This document shows, in pieces, positions 40,905 to 53,521 of a stretch of DNA of 64,000 nucleotides (position 1 is its first letter; each line of letters starts with the position of its first letter). The notes beneath the pieces are model-generated. The model saw only the letters and a list, made by a program, of their open reading frames with translations. It was not told the origin of the DNA and did not search any database. The stretch spans positions 43,402,001 to 43,466,000 of the forward strand of contig NC_058368.1 in NCBI RefSeq assembly GCF_018350175.1. The letters run 5' to 3'. This DNA is from Felis catus. Its lineage: Eukaryota. A program made the position numbers and the translations under genes.

Positions 40905-41160
40905 ATAGGAGGTACACTGTAGAGTCAGATTGTTTAGATTCACATCCTAACACAGTCAATATCTTCATCTCTGGACAAGTGACTTGTTAATTTTTTTCTA
41001 GTTGTTTATCTGTAAATTAAGTACTCCTATTAAAACACTTATAGAGGTACGTACAAATAATACTAGTTATAGAGTTATGAGAATTAATTGAAATAATCTG
41101 TGGGAATTTTTTAACATCGTTTTAATGTAATATTTATTGAATAAAGGTTAGCTATTATCA
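40905..41160 (+). mobile_element. MIR
   Basis: tgtagagtcagattgtttagattcacatcct…tggacaagtgactt…tatctgtaaa. Confidence 0.65.
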
Positions 41161-41341
41161 TGGTGTGCATTATTTTCTAATCTTTTTGTGTTACCCATGA
41201 GCCATAAGGAATTAGTTCCTTCTACTGTACAGGGAATAATTACAAGGGCTGATAGTGGAAGAGATGAATGGTGGAAAAATTTTTTTTTTTTAAGGAATGG
41301 TACAGATTTGAAAAATTCTCAAAGAATAACTAGAGCTGCTC

Positions 41342-41534
41342 TTTTTAAAGTTTATTTATTTTGAGAAAGAGAGCAGTTGAGGGGCAGAGAGTGAGGGAGA
41401 GAGAGAATCCCAAGCAGTCTCTGCTTTGTCAGCACACAGTCCAACACAGGGCTCTACCCCACAAACCAAGAGATCATGACTTGAGCTGAAATTAAGAGTC
41501 AGACACTTAAGCAGCTGAGCCACCCATGTACCTC
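41342..41534 (-). mobile_element. Can-SINE
   Basis: SINE body. TSD agagctgct at 41332-41340 and 41536-41544. Confidence 0.92.
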
Positions 41535-42084
41535 AAGAGCTGCTGTCTGTCTTGAAGACTGTTTAGAGATTCTTACTAGGTACCTAAGAATGTTACCTGA
41601 CTAAAATATATTTAGAAAGTCTAAGATTTAGAGTCCATCATAAGCATTATTTATGAGTATAATTTAGATAGTTCTTAAACAGGTAGTGCTTCTGAGTGAC
41701 AAGACCAACCTGTATGTAATGTTTTATATATTTTTTCTAAGGGTAGGCTAACTGTCTTACTGTCTTCAACCATTACCCCCACCCCACAACTCTTTTTGCA
41801 GGATTAAGTCTGTACTGCTGGGTTGCCCAGTCTTTTCTACTTTTATTTCTATGAAGTTCTATATTGAAATAATAGCCAATATCTTTCCAAAAGAAGCATC
41901 CCCTTTTGGATAATGAGGTTAGGGGAAATTCATTAGCCTTATTTGCTAGTCCCTATGATTTTTTTTAGCCACTTTTTAATCTTTATACATCCCTTAAAGC
42001 AAAGACATGTATACATGAGTCAGTTTGAATGGAGTTTATCAGAGTTTCATGGTATATCTGAACATGAACAAGGCTCTTGTTTTA

Positions 42085-42320
42085 TTTATTTATTTTTTTA
42101 AATTTTCTTTTAATGTTTTTATTTATTTTTGAGACAGAGAGAGACAGAGCATGATTAGGGGAGGGGCAGAGAGAGAGGGAGACACAGAATCTGAAGCAGG
42201 CTCCAGGCTCTGAGCTGTCAGCACAGAGCCCAATGTAGGGCTCAAACTCACAGACTGTGGGATCATGACCCGAGCTGAGGTAGGTAGGACGCTCAACCGA
42301 CTGAGCCACCCAGGAGCCCC
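42085..42320 (-). mobile_element. Can-SINE (older of a tandem pair)
   Basis: TSD aaggctcttgtttta at 42070-42084 and 42321-42335. Confidence 0.97.
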
Positions 42321-42338
42321 AAGGCTCTTGTTTTAAAT

Positions 42339-42549
42339 TTTTTTTTCAACATTTATTTATTTTTGGGACAGAGAGAGACAGAGCATGAACGGGGGAGGGG
42401 CAGAGAGAGAGGGACACACAGAATCCGAGACAGGCTCCAGGCTCTGAGCCATCAGCCCAGAGCCCGACGCGGGGCTCGAACTCACGGACCGCGAGATTGT
42501 GACCTGGCTGAAGTCGGACGCTTAACCGACTGCGCCACCCAGGCGCCCC
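42339..42549 (-). mobile_element. Young CpG-rich SINEC_Fc-like element (second of the pair)
   Basis: …cttaaccgactgcgccacccaggcgcccc. TSD ggctcttgttttaaat at 42323-42338 and 42552-42567. Confidence 0.97.
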
Positions 42550-42567
42550 GTGGCTCTTGTTTTAAAT

Positions 42568-43100
42568 ATCTGTTACTAAGTGACAAATCCCATGAAAACT
42601 TAGTGGCTTAAAATAATAAGAATTATTTATTATTTCTCTTTGACATTTAGATTAACTGGGCTCAGGGAGTAGTTTTAGCTTAGTATCTCACATGAAATTG
42701 CAGTCAATACCTGGATCTGAAGCCTGGACTGCATTGGATATCCAATATAAAATTTTTCACTCACATGATGGGTGCCTTGGTACTCCTTTATCTCTTAACA
42801 CATGGTGTTTTAATCTCTATTTGGGCTGCTGACAGCTTGATGGTCTCAGTATCGTCTCATTTCTTACATGGTGGCTGGTTTCTAAAGGAAAATATTACAG
42901 GACAGCTTGGAGGAAGATACCAGTCCTCTCAGTGACTAGGCCTACATGGCCTGGGTCGCGTACATCATATTTGATTTTTCAGAGCTGTCACATGTTAGGC
43001 CAGATCCAGAGGGTGGAGAGATAGACAGTGTTTAATGGAGGAATGGCATGTGTCTACTGAGAGGGTAGAAATGAATGGTGGCATATTGGACACAAGCTCT
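42568..43100 (-). mobile_element. Old MLT1-type LTR
   Basis: acaaatcccatgaaaacttagtggcttaaaataataa…cttacatggtggctgg, typical of antisense MLT1. Confidence 0.65.
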
Positions 43101-44680
43101 CACAACTCTCATGCAAGGACCATAACCTTTTTCTTCCTCTCCCCATGCTTTACTTTCTTCCACAAACATATATTGACCATCCACAGTGTGCCCCAAATGC
43201 ATTAAGCATTAAAGTCATTTATCCCCTTTTATTTATTGTTAGAAATGCACTTCATTATACATCAAGTGATTTTATCTTTTCCATGTCATCACCTATTTCC
43301 AGTTTCCATTAGAAAGTACTGTATTTATCTGTGCAAAGAAATTTTAAAAAGCATAAATTATATTACGTGATGTAATGATCATCATACAATATGATGTATG
43401 ATGTAAATCATACAATAAATGATCTATTGAATGAAAAAAATCCATCTATTTAACTGTACACATACATTATTTTCTCTCCTTATAATTGTTTTTTTTAATC
43501 CTATGTAAGCATTATTAACAAAAACACTTAAAATAACTTCTTTAATATTTTGTTTCTTACCTAGCACAATCTTCAATGCATTTCTATCAAATAAGTAATT
43601 CTGAAAAAAGAAGGTGTGTTCCAAAAACCTAATAATAGTCATCTTGGTTCGTTTGCTTACTTTCCTGTCAGCACTTGTTATTAGTACCTGATTGAGAAAA
43701 CATGCTTTTGAATTTGAAAGTCCAAAGAAATTCTACTTCAGGTAAATAGAAAAAGGTATTCAAGGGTAGTTTCCACCAACATGTAATTGATAACAAATAA
43801 CATGTACATGTATTGGCACCATGAGAATTTTGTGAGAGTTAATTATATCATGATTCTAAGTCACCTTGAAAATATATAGAGCTATGTTAAAGAGAAAAGA
43901 AGGCTAATAATATGTCTATAGTAAAATGTTTGCTCCTATGATAATGAGTGACAATATTTTCTGACAGCTCTTCTGGAAATTCTTGTTTTGTTCCATCATT
44001 TTTGTTCCTTTGATATTCAGCTATATATAACTCACACTATTTTCTAACCCATCAGCAAAATATTCAAATACAAACAGTAGAAATGTTAATGCAAGCAGTG
44101 AAGAAGGTTTGTTTTCTTCTTAAAACTCTGTGATTTAATATGCAGTTTACAATATGTGGTTATAATTCTTTCTCTCATATAAGCTTTCAAAAATAAAAAG
44201 GTATATTTTCCTTTGATCTGAAAAAAGGAAAAGTAGGAAAGGGTTTATCTTCTTCAACAGACTTTTTTTTTATCCTCAGAGAAATTAACATAGCTGTGGA
44301 TTTGCTTCAGTTGAATAACCTGCTTTTAATGCACAAAATCAGACATGGAAGGTATTAGGCACTTATATTTAGTGAGGGGAAGGGTTTAAGATGTCTTAGA
44401 TTCTCCTGAAAGGATACACTGAAGCATATTTGTAATTGCTGTGGATAGATGTATACACTTGATTTTCAGCTATATTTGCTTCCACAGTTTAACACCATAT
44501 ATTTACAATATTTATAGGTTCAAAAGTGAAATTATACAAAATAAAATTTATTGGAAATATGGTTTAAAGAAGACAAACATGAACTGGAAAAATTCATATT
44601 AAATTTATTTCTCTGGCTGTTACATAATGTTATGTTGGAAATTGCCTTTTGTTTTGATTGTAAATAATTTCAAAATTTTT

Positions 44681-44897
44681 TTTTAAATTTTTTTTTAACG
44701 TTTATTTATTTTTGAGACAGAGAGAGACAGACCATGAACGGGGGAGGGTCAGAGAGAGGGAGACACAGAATCTGAAACAGGCTCTGGGCTCTGAGCTGTC
44801 AGCACAGAGCCCGACGCGGGGCTCGAACTCACGGACCGCGAGATCATGACCTGAGCCGAAGTCGGCCGCCTAACCGACTGAGCCACCCAGGCGCCCC
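44681..44897 (-). mobile_element. Young Can-SINE (SINEC_Fc-like)
   Basis: CpG-rich body. TSD tcaaaattttt at 44670-44680 and 44898-44908. Confidence 0.97.
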
Positions 44898-45344
44898 TCA
44901 AAATTTTTAACCAGAGTTTGTTGTTTATTAAATTCCTACTTATCTTCATAGGGTTTAGTTAAGGTTATAAGATTCACAGGTTGAAGAATATAATCATGCT
45001 ATTCTAACATGAGAATCCTATGGTTAAAACTTCACAGGGCTTATTAATAGAGTGAAATTCACTATATAAATTCTGACTATATATCTGGTTGGTTATTAGT
45101 AATATATTTGAAGATTGGGTTCTAAAACTTTGTAAGTATTAGAATATCTTAATAGAGGGTTACAGATAAACACTTAGAATTTGGGGAAATCTAAAAAGAC
45201 TGCATGTCTCAAACTGTAGTCCCTACTAGCTTGCCACTTGTTTGAACTAATTGTTTTATCACTTTATCTTGTGACCAACTGTACACCTAACATTGAGGCG
45301 TGTGTACTCTGGTATATATCCCATACTGGATCATAGAGTAAGAA

Positions 45345-46400
45345 AAGAATATCATGAAACTTTTCCACCATGTTTTCTTCTAGATGTTTTATAGTTGTGG
45401 ATCTTAGTTTAAGTATTTAATCCACTTTGAATTCACGTTTGTGTATGGTATAAGATAGAGGTTCAATTTCATTCTTTGGCATGTTGCTATCCAGTTTTCC
45501 CAATGCCATTTATTGAAGATATTATCCTTTCTCCATCCTATTCTTGGCACTCTTGTCAAGGATCAGATAATCATTATATCGGCTAGTTTATTCCTGGGCT
45601 TCATCCTGTTACATTGATCTATATGTCTGTTTCTTATGCCAGTGCCATGGTATGTTAATTACTATAGCTTTGTAATATAGTGTAAAATTAGGAAGTGTGA
45701 TACCTCAAGTTTTGTTCTTTCTCAAGATTGCTACAAAAGCCTTCCACCCCATGGGGTGCCTGGTTGGCTCAGTCCATTAAGTGTCCGACTTTGGCTCAGG
45801 TCATGATCTCGCTGTCTGTGAGTTCGAGCCCCGTATCGGTTTCTGTGCTGACAGCTCAGAGCCTGGAGCCTGTTTCAGAGTCTGTGTCTCCCTCTTTCTC
45901 TGACCCTCCCCCATTCATGCTCTGTCTCTTTCTGTCTCAAAAACAAATAAACATTAAAAAAAATTAAAAGCCTCCCACCCCTTTTCCTTTTTTTCTAGCT
46001 GTCCAGAATCCAGACAATGCTAATTCTTTAAGGGCTCTGTCTTAGATGAGATAGAAGCCATCCCCTTAGGGAGCCCACTGAAAGGCAGGGGACTGTAGCC
46101 ATTTACATACCCCATCTCTCCCTCTCTCCACTCTAAGGAGGAAGTTACAGCTCAAGGTGCTTTCTCTCCATGCTGAGCTTTGCCACCTAGGAGAAGGGAC
46201 TCTTGTGGCTAAGGTGAAATTGTTCTTCTTGTCTGTTTCAGTGCATTTTTTCTTGGTTTTGTGCCCATCAGAGTTACTGCAACTTAACTGGATTCTGGAC
46301 CTCTCATAAAGGTATTTTAGTCTTCATATCATTGTTCAATTGTATTTCCGTGTGAGAATAAGGGCTGAAACTTCCTTTTCTACTATCTTGGTGATGTCAT
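45345..46400 (-). mobile_element. Old L1: ORF2 segment (45345-45732) next to a 5'-end-like segment (~45735-46400)
   Basis: Antisense ORF2 tatccagttttcccaatgccatttattgaaga…ttttgttctttctcaagattgc. Minus-strand start atgacatcaccaagatagtagaaaaggaagtt resembles an L1 5' terminus. Confidence 0.75.
45753..45965 (+). mobile_element. Can-SINE
   Basis: TSD aaaagccttccacccc (45735-45750) / aaaagcctcccacccc (45966-45981). Confidence 0.96.
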
Positions 46401-46514
46401 TACCCCGAGAACTGCCACTGTTGTCTATTTCATTCTTCTTCAAAAGTCATTTTGGTGAACATTTTTGAGAGGCATTTCCATAAAAACAAAATCATTAATA
46501 TTTAGGCTTAAAAA

Positions 46515-47053
46515 CATGGCTGCTAATTTTTGACCCTTTCTATGGAAATGGAGGATTCATATTCTCTTTCCATGAAATTGGGAAAATCTATTAGTGTTTG
46601 GAGTAGTTGAATACACTGGAAATAAAGCTAAAGCAGAAGTGATCATTTAGCTTCTCCCTTGGGTTCTAAAGAACATTTTCTTTTCAAGCCCTGAGATGTC
46701 ATTATCAGAAGGCTCACCATTCTGAGGTTAGACTACTGAGAGAAGCTCAAGTTCCTTGGGAGGCCTCACATAGACATTTCAATAAACAATTCAGATATGC
46801 CTAATCTCCTAGTTAGCCCAGACTAAGTGTCAGTCTTGTGAGTGAAGAACCCTATAGATTACTCCAACACCTGTCATTCAACTAACCCCAACCAATTTAA
46901 GCCTTTCCAGTGAAGTCACCAAACACTGTGAAGCAGATGCAAGGCATTCTTTCTGGGTTCTGTCTGAATTCCTTACCAACAGAATAAAATAGTTGTGGTT
47001 TCATTCCACCAAGCTTTATAGCAGATTGTAACTTAGCAGTTGATAACTGGAAT
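46515..47053 (+). mobile_element. Old MLT1-type LTR
   Basis: tgtgagtgaagaacc…tgtctgaattccttaccaacagaataaaatagttgtggttt…agcagttgataactggaa, an MLT1-like 3' end. Confidence 0.65.
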
Positions 47054-47179
47054 GATATATAATTAAAAAGTTTAAAATGTTAAGTGTTGCTAATATAATA
47101 ACATGGATATTATTTTTTAAATATTTTCATATCTTCAGAACTGGGAGCAGAAAGATGGCTTAATTTAGTTTGAGATGTT

Positions 47180-47330
47180 TAAAATTTAATATGCTCGTGA
47201 ATCACCTGAAATCTTGTAAATACAAAACTTTTGACTCAGTAGTTCACGGGTAAGAATGAAATATTACCTTTCTAACAAATTTCCATGTAATGCTGATGAT
47301 TCTGGTACATTGGCCAGTTTCTGAATTGCT
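47180..47330. mobile_element. MER5-like hAT-Charlie fossil
   Basis: gaatcacctgaaatcttgtaaa…tgactcagtag…tttctaacaaatttccatgtaatgctgatg. Confidence 0.7.
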
Positions 47331-50111
47331 ACTCTTCTTCCCTCATTTTGAATTTGAGAAAATTGAGATTTAAAGTGATTAAATAGTTGTCTAAAATTGG
47401 CAGTAAATGATGGTAAGCCAGGTTGCGTTTTCTGGCAGAGCCTATGGTCCTTGGTTGTGGGTTATCAAGAGGGAATTATAAATGAAGAAGACCATTATTT
47501 GGTGATAACATCTCTATTAGTCTCTATGTTAAGTACATATATAAGTTATTTTACTTTTTCTTCTCTACAATACTTTAAAACAGACAGTTTTATACTCAGA
47601 TTGAAGAAGAGAAAGTTAAGATCTAGAGAGGTGAAAATGACCTATTGGAGGAGGTTGATGAATCAGGGCTTGAACCAGGGCTTTTGGGCATTGAAGCTTT
47701 GATTCTAATCATGCATAAGCTTTTCATGGGCGCTTGAGGATGGGTGGTCATGCTGAAAACAAAATGAAATAAAGATAGAAAGCATCATAGAAATCAATGG
47801 GATGAAGGGGAATATAATTTATGTTTTATAACTCTACCAGGAACTACGTCTATTTATACTATAATAATATTATTTAGACCACTCTTAGGATTGAACAAAA
47901 CACACACTTTTAGTTTAAATCTAGCTATAAATTTTAATGTTTACTGACTTATCTACCCATTTATTCATTCAATTAAAATTTATTGAATAAAATACATTCC
48001 ACATCAATTCTGTGTAGTTGGATACATATATGAACAATAACATAAAGTTTCCCACAGGATGTATTTAATTTAGCAGGAAAGATAGTCTTAAAATTAACTG
48101 CAATAGTATGTGATGAATATTAGGATAGGCACTATAAGGCAGTTACCTAGCAGAATATATGGATGTATGCAAACTAATCTCACATAGTTGGGAGACTAGA
48201 AGAAGTAATACAATTTAAGGTGTCTTGTATATAGAAAAGCTCAATACATGCTATTTTTCAATTTTACCTTCTTTTATGGCTGCCTCCAAACAGTCAAATT
48301 GCATTTACCTGATTTAGAATAAGTTGATTTCTTTTCTCAGTGAATTACTAGAAGTAATATGATATGAAAATGTGGTTAAAATAGTATTGGAATTGTCTTT
48401 AGAATAGTCTTACTGTAGGGAGAATAGGGACAAATATTCATATGCTTTTTTATCTTAAAATATAATATTCAAAAATTGAGAAACATGATTCTCATATAAA
48501 TATATAATGAATATGTGTCAAAGAGTTTATTCAACTAATTGGTGAGGAAACCAGTTGGATATTAAAATTGGTTCAGAGAGCATTTGAAGTGTTATTTATA
48601 GGCAATTAATAAAAAATGTTAGTATAAGATTACTAGATTAGATACAAACTAGTTAATAATTTATTACACTACAGTATAATAAAACTAAATCATTAGATTT
48701 TTTTCCCACTGAATGATTATATTTACATCAATCACACAAAAATCTGAACATAATAAGGCACTTCACCAAATCTGGATACTTAAATGAATTGTGTAAATAT
48801 TTCTCCATTGTGATTATAAAAGTCTCTAAAAGTTATTCCTGACTGCAAAAAAAGGCTGGCTTTATTTTTTTAGCCTGATTGTTTACATAGATGCAGCAGA
48901 GTATAGACCTCCTTGAGTTTGTACTATAAACCTAGAGTGATACAAATCAGTTGGGCAACCACTAAGCCAGAGTATTAACCACTGTCCTGAAAATTTAATA
49001 TAGTATTGTTTATGTGTGAATTACTCTCATTTTGAGATGCCCCAAATTTGCTAAAGTTTCTGGTCTTTGAGGAAGTGAAAGATTAGGTCCCAGCAAGCCA
49101 GACATCCCGAGGGCTTAGCAGGCATTGGCTTTACTTGGAAAACCAATTCTTGAACCTGATTGAAACAGAAACAAAAACAAAGATAGAAAATTATTAGAGA
49201 AGAAAAAAAATAAATAAAAGATTAATGAGCTAAGAAAGTTAAAGTTCTGCCACTTGGGATTTACTCTGGAATAAGAAAATATGTGTCAGGGCTTAAGCCT
49301 CCCATAAGGTATACTTTTAAAATGATTGTCAGGTTACTCCCTTGGGTGTATTAACAGGACAAACTCTAAAACTATTGAAGTGTAATTTCCCAAAAGTTAA
49401 GAATATAATTCCTAAAAATAAGTAATGAGTATGTATTACAATTTTATTCAAGTCATTAATAGGAGATCCATTAAGATTTTCAAAGTTGTTCAAAGACCAA
49501 GACACACTATTTACCTGTAATATAATAAAGGAGTTTTAGGATAAATTTCTGGATGAAATACAAAACGGGTTGAAATCCAACAGAGTATTTAGTCTAACCT
49601 TTGGAGTTATTTTCACTGCACAGAAATTACATGCATCTTGACTGGAAAAAATATGGTGGTTACAATGTAATTTCACAATATCTGTCATTATTAATCAATA
49701 GTCTTAATAGATCTTATTTTTTTAATCCAGTGAAGATGAATTACTTTTTTTCCCCCTGAAGATTCATAAAAATCAATACATTCATATTTTTGGAAAAGCA
49801 TGTAGTGGATAATCACTGCCAAAACCCCACTAGGACAGATTTCCTCCCAGGTTAGCATCCTAATGTGTCTTTTTCTTCATCCCATCCCTCTTTTTTGCTT
49901 AATTTTTGTCACAATTGAAATCCACTGTCAATTAAGAGCCACTTTTTTAAGACTGCCTTGTAAATTAGTGGGGGGGGGGGAATCTGATTTAATCAGAAGA
50001 CTTAAAATTTTATTAAATTATTTAATAACAAACCATATAATAAAATTCACATTCATTTTTTTAAAGATTTGCCATTTAAAAAGAAGAATGTATTTTTAGA
50101 TGCATAATAAT

Positions 50112-50332
50112 CTCTTTTTTAAATTTTTTTTAATGTTTATTTATTTTTGAGACAGAGAGAGACAGAGCATGAACGGGGGAGGGTCAGAGAGAGGGAGACA
50201 CAGAATCTGAAACAGGCTCCGGGCTCTGAGCTGTCAGCACAGAGCCCAACGTGGGGCTTGAACTCACGGACCGTGAGATCATGAACTGAGCTGAAGTCGG
50301 CCGCCTAACAGACTGAGACACCCAGGCACCCC
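50112..50332 (-). mobile_element. Can-SINE (SINEC_Fc-like)
   Basis: TSD tagatgcataataat at 50097-50111 and 50333-50347. Confidence 0.97.
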
Positions 50333-51159
50333 TAGATGCATAATAATTTCTATACTAAGCCTGTTGAGAGGCTTCTGAGAAACTTTCCTGAGAGTCTTTG
50401 GGACCTCATGATTGTGTGGATGCTTATGAGTATGAATGACTATAAAACATATAAGACATTCCTAAATTTTTTTAGACAGTATCTCTGAAATATCCAGTAT
50501 TGTGTATTTCATTTATGACTTTTTGGGATCATATAGTGGTTATTGAACCCTCAGCATACCAGGAGAAATAGAAATGAATGAATATTGCCATATATTCTTT
50601 TTAGGGAAATGGAATGGGCCTTGGAATGATGAGGTTCTTCCCACCAAAATGCTAACTGGAAATAAATACCACATTTTCTGTTTGTCCTTAGTTATTCATT
50701 ATATGATTTATAGATTTTCTTTTTTCATTATCCATTATGTGATTTATAGAATTATATGATCAATTTAACTACTAGGATTAATGTCAACAATGCTTCATGA
50801 ATACTTTTGCATTCATTTTGATTCATATAATAATTGTAAAATGTCTTCATTTCAATTTTCTTCACTTTTCTATTAAAAGGATAAATTAAGACATTTGAAT
50901 TTTCAACTACCCAGTGAAATCCAAAGGCAGAATATAATACATTCTTGGAAGATGATGCAGTAATTTTGGCAATACACTAAGAAAGCTGAGAGATGATCAG
51001 TTTCTTATTATATCATCTTTGTAGGTGATTCCATCATTCTTTTCCATTTTTTTTTTTTTTTTGTTTTAGACTTATTTTAGCATGGTTGGGAATAAGAAAT
51101 AACCAGTAATGAAATCTTAGGGTAATTAAAAAACAAAATATTTCAATGTATGGGAAATA

Positions 51160-51705
51160 CAGTTAGCCCTTGAACAGCAGAGGGTTAGTAGTGCTGATCC
51201 CCTGTGCAGTCAAAAACTGTGTATATAGGGGCGCCTGTGGCTCTGTCGGTTAAGTGTCCAATGTTGGCTCAAGTCACAATCTCACAGTCTGTGAGTTCAA
51301 GCCCCGCATCGGGCTCTGCGCTGACAGCTCAGAACCTGGAGCCTGCTTCCGATTCTGTATCTCCCTCTCTCTCTGTCCCTCCCCTACTCATGCTCCATCT
51401 CTCTCCCTGTCTCAAAAATAATAAACATTAAAAACATTTTTTTAAAAAACTGTGTATATAACTTTTGACTCATCTAAAACATGGCTGCTAATAGTCTACT
51501 GTTGACCAGAAGCTTACACAAATAGTCAATTAACATATATTTTATATTTTATATTTGTTATATACCGTATTCTTACAATAATGCAAACTAAAGAAAACAT
51601 CAAGAACATCAGGAGGAAGAAAAAATACATTTATAGTACTGTACCGTATTGAAAGAAAATCTGTGTGTAAGTGGACTGACACAGTTCAAGCCCAGGGATC
51701 AACTG
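51160..51705. mobile_element. Tigger2a-like non-autonomous TcMar DNA transposon
   Basis: Ends ta|cagttagcccttgaac and gggatcaactg|ta give TIR remnants with a TA TSD. Internal aatagtctactgttgaccagaagc. Confidence 0.85.
51228..51444 (+). mobile_element. Can-SINE inserted in the Tigger element
   Basis: Perfect 16-bp TSD aaaaactgtgtatata at 51212-51227 and 51445-51460. Confidence 0.97.
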
Positions 51706-53304
51706 TATAAGAGCCAATATGTGTGTTAGATGCATAAAAAAGAGACAGTGAATGTACATTTTAATTGTGGGATAGAATGAGTTTTATTCAATTTAAAAAT
51801 ACTAAATAAATTTTCTTCTTGTTCTTTGAAGGACAGCTAAGATAGAATAAATGTCATAAAATAACAAGTCTTAAAAAGAGTTAGAACTTTTCAAAAAAGA
51901 ACTCAGAATGAAAATTGGGTCTAGTGAACCCTTACGTCCTACCATGTAGAGTGATCCTACCACTATACGGATAACAGGTTTATCAATCAGGATCAGTTGC
52001 ATGGTCATATTAGAAGACAGAAAGCTAAAAATACATATGGTTTTAAATTAGTGTGAAACAATTTCATCTACCAGTCATGTGTAAGTAAAATCCCAGTTGT
52101 AATTAATGTAATCACACACAAAAAAGCAAACATACTCTTACACACCCCTAAACTATGTCTAACCAATGTTCCATCTTATAGAATTAATAATATCATCAAC
52201 AAAATGAGTGCAAATTGCTAATTTCATGATAAGGTAATCATTAGGTTGATTAAAACCCTGTAGGTAGCATTTTTTACTTTTCATTAATAAAAAATACAAA
52301 AATTTAATTAACAAAAATATAATTATACAAAGAATACATTTTCAAGTATTCTTTGTATTATTGTACTTCCTAAAAATATATTCATTGACATAATCTGATA
52401 TGTATATAGGGATGAGATAACTAAGTAATCTTGGGAAAAATGTTTTAAAGTAAATCTTAATACTTTAGTCAAAAATAGACCTTTTGTATGTATGCAATGT
52501 CATGGAATGGCATTAATCCATTCAAATGTCATTTACCATATTATGTATCATACTATATTAAATCATAATAATCTGCTTTTTCCTCTATATCCAATTATAC
52601 TTTGAGCTTTATAAAACCAACTAATATATATTTACCTACTGCCTGACACTGAGAGACATGGTATAGGAGAGACTTAAATACATTTCTGATGTTGCAAATA
52701 GGATTTCCAAAATTTAGTTAATTAATTTATTCATTAAAAAATATTTATCAAGTGCCTGCTGTGGTTTGGGCACTGTTCTAGGCCTAATCTCTAAGAAGTC
52801 AATAAAATTTTCTTAGATGAATGGGCATGTAAAATAAAACCTACCTGTTGTTTTAGTAAGTTAGCTTCTTAAAATGTCAACTTCTCTTTACCTAGAAAGG
52901 AATGATAACCTTTGTTTAGATATGGTTGTATTCTAGATGAGTGGATGTTAGATAAATATCTCACTTTGAAGACAATTTTACTTCATTAGTCAAGATTTTT
53001 AGAGGGGAATGTTCTGTTTTATTAGTCAGGAACTATATTTTTCCTATGTTTTGATAAGTTATTTACTTGCTATAGTTGCTTTAAATAATTTTTCTGGAAG
53101 ATATGTTTATTCAGGCATTCAAATGTAAATAATGCCATAACAAATTAATAGGTTTGGGCTATATCAACATATTCCTTCTGTATATTATCATACCCTTTAT
53201 TCTTGTTTGATTGAAATCTGTTATACTGGGCTTATTTTTTCTACATAGGGATTTATACTTTTATGTGTAGTCCAGTGTCTTTGTAGAATTATCTTAAAGA
53301 TTCA

Positions 53305-53521
53305 GGGGTGCCTGGTTGTCTCAGCTGGTTAAGCGTCCACTTATTGATTTAGGCTCAGGTCTTGATCTCATGGTTCATCAATTTGAGCCCCGCCTTGGGC
53401 TCTGCACTGAAGGGCAGAGCCTGCTTGGGCTTCTCTCTCTCTCCCTCTATGTCTGCTCCTCCTCTGCTCATGCTCTGCCTCTTTCTAAATAAATATAAAC
53501 AAATGAACTTAAGAAAAAAAA
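53305..53521 (+). mobile_element. Can-SINE
   Basis: TSD agaattatcttaaagattca / agaattatgttaaagtttca. Confidence 0.94.

Noticed and set aside
42070..42567. Repeat-spacer-repeat pattern resembling CRISPR
   Set aside because: The repeats are target-site duplications and the spacers are SINEs in eukaryotic DNA.
50692..50750. Imperfect ~23-bp direct repeat
   Set aside because: Ordinary local duplication in AT-rich DNA.
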